DNA of 63,680 nt, filler included, from Lama guanicoe (Eukaryota), in assembly GCA_013239625.1 (NCBI GenBank). It is 184 parts of 184 records of this genome, joined end to end, with 100 filler letters (N's around TTAATTAATTAA, not from the genome) between each part and the next. Parts side by side here need not be neighbours in the genome. Positions count along the whole stretch, not along the records: positions 62,740 to 62,986 come from PNXV01047797.1; positions 63,087 to 63,333 come from PNXV01047798.1; positions 63,434 to 63,680 come from PNXV01047799.1; 181 more parts are not named here. One strand, written 5' to 3'. The notes below the pieces were generated by a model. That model searched no databases and was not told where the DNA came from. It saw only the letters and a list, made by a program, of their open reading frames with translations. Below, piece after piece: positions 62,640-63,680 of this stretch. The translations under genes and the position numbers were made by a program. The number at the start of each line of letters is the position of its first letter. The first letter of the stretch is position 1.

Positions 62640-63680
62640 NNNNNNNNNNNNNNNNNNNNNNNNNNNNNNNNNNNNNNNNNNNNTTAATTAATTAANNNNN
62701 NNNNNNNNNNNNNNNNNNNNNNNNNNNNNNNNNNNNNNNTAAACAATAAAAGTCATCCAGTAAGGGAAAATATTAACCTAATTCACTTTTCAAAAAAAAT
62801 CACTGTTTCATTTATATGGTTAGAAGAATTCATTAGATGTAGCTGTTTAAAATAATATTGCCTGGCATACACTGCATCCAGCTCTTTATATGATCAAATA
62901 TTTTCCCTCCACTGATTGGGTGTTTCCCATCAGCATACAAAATTATTGCTATTTGTCCCATATTTAAAACTAACTAACTAACTAACNNNNNNNNNNNNNN
63001 NNNNNNNNNNNNNNNNNNNNNNNNNNNNNNTTAATTAATTAANNNNNNNNNNNNNNNNNNNNNNNNNNNNNNNNNNNNNNNNNNNNGGGTCCCCACTACC
63101 TGGGGGATTATGGCCCTGCCCAGGTTCCTGAAAGCTCTGCCACTGACTTATATATAATGGGGGATGCCTGATCATCGGGCTTCCCCGCCTCTTCACATTA
63201 AATGTACGCCCACAACCATTGCCTATCATTCACATGAATTTAGAAAAAGGGCATGAACTTTGAAAGCAGCCAGGATTTTGAATCTCAGCTTCACCACTTA
63301 CTACTTATGTGAGGTCAAGACAGTGTTTATACCNNNNNNNNNNNNNNNNNNNNNNNNNNNNNNNNNNNNNNNNNNNNTTAATTAATTAANNNNNNNNNNN
63401 NNNNNNNNNNNNNNNNNNNNNNNNNNNNNNNNNCCTGCCCAAGAGGACTCAAAGTCTCTCAGAAACAGAAATTGTGCCTTCCGTCCTTTTTACTGTCTCT
63501 TCCCATTCCTACACTGTTTACTTAAAGCAGTAATCATTCATCGTGTGTGCGCGCGCGCATGAGTATACATGTAAGTTTCATACTCCCCCCTTGGCCAGGG
63601 ATGGAAGGGTTTACCCCTCAGTATTGCTAGGAACATTTTAGAGCTTGCCTCATGGCATTATGCAGTGTACTAACCAGCCT

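Larger units (their letters stand above)
1..63680. other. Artificial pseudo-scaffold of ~184 small unplaced contigs joined by 100-bp linkers
   Basis: Identical N44-TTAATTAATTAA-N44 linker recurs every 346-347 bp. Inserts are 245-247 bp and unrelated to their neighbours. Confidence 0.99.

Noticed and set aside
990..63229. Many ORF-track proteins sharing a C-terminal XXX...LIN or N
   Set aside because: Produced by translating through Ns into the TTAATTAATTAA linker. Not a protein family.
1..63680. CRISPR-like or cassette array (constant repeat with unique equal-length spacers)
   Set aside because: The repeat is a synthetic 12-mer embedded in N runs, the spacers are ~246-bp mammalian fragments, and there are no cas or integrase genes.

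Overview
This window is not a contiguous locus. It is an artificial concatenation of about 184 unrelated short contigs (245-247 bp, roughly sorted by length), each joined by a 100-bp linker N44-TTAATTAATTAA-N44 that places stop codons in all six frames. The DNA is mammalian and almost certainly camelid, since it carries tRNA-Ala-derived Vic-1-type SINEs. Most fragments are intronic or intergenic DNA, or old interspersed repeats (L1, L2, MIR, MaLR/ERV LTRs, Tigger1, MER5-like). Recognisable gene fragments are a NEURL1B NHR-domain exon piece, a complete 110-nt GBP5-like exon followed by a U12-type (minor spliceosome) donor, an OR10H-family olfactory receptor piece, a CYP2J promoter plus exon 1, and the 3' end of a DNAH5 exon. 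The ORF track misses the GBP and DNAH5 exons. Five contigs are circularly permuted monomers of a ~250-bp satellite. Three near-duplicate contig pairs and one perfect palindrome show de Bruijn assembly signatures (49-nt shared flanks in the pairs). Neighbouring fragments have no biological linkage, and I find no support for a novel multi-gene system. Gene and repeat names are from recalled sequence similarity, not from database searches.
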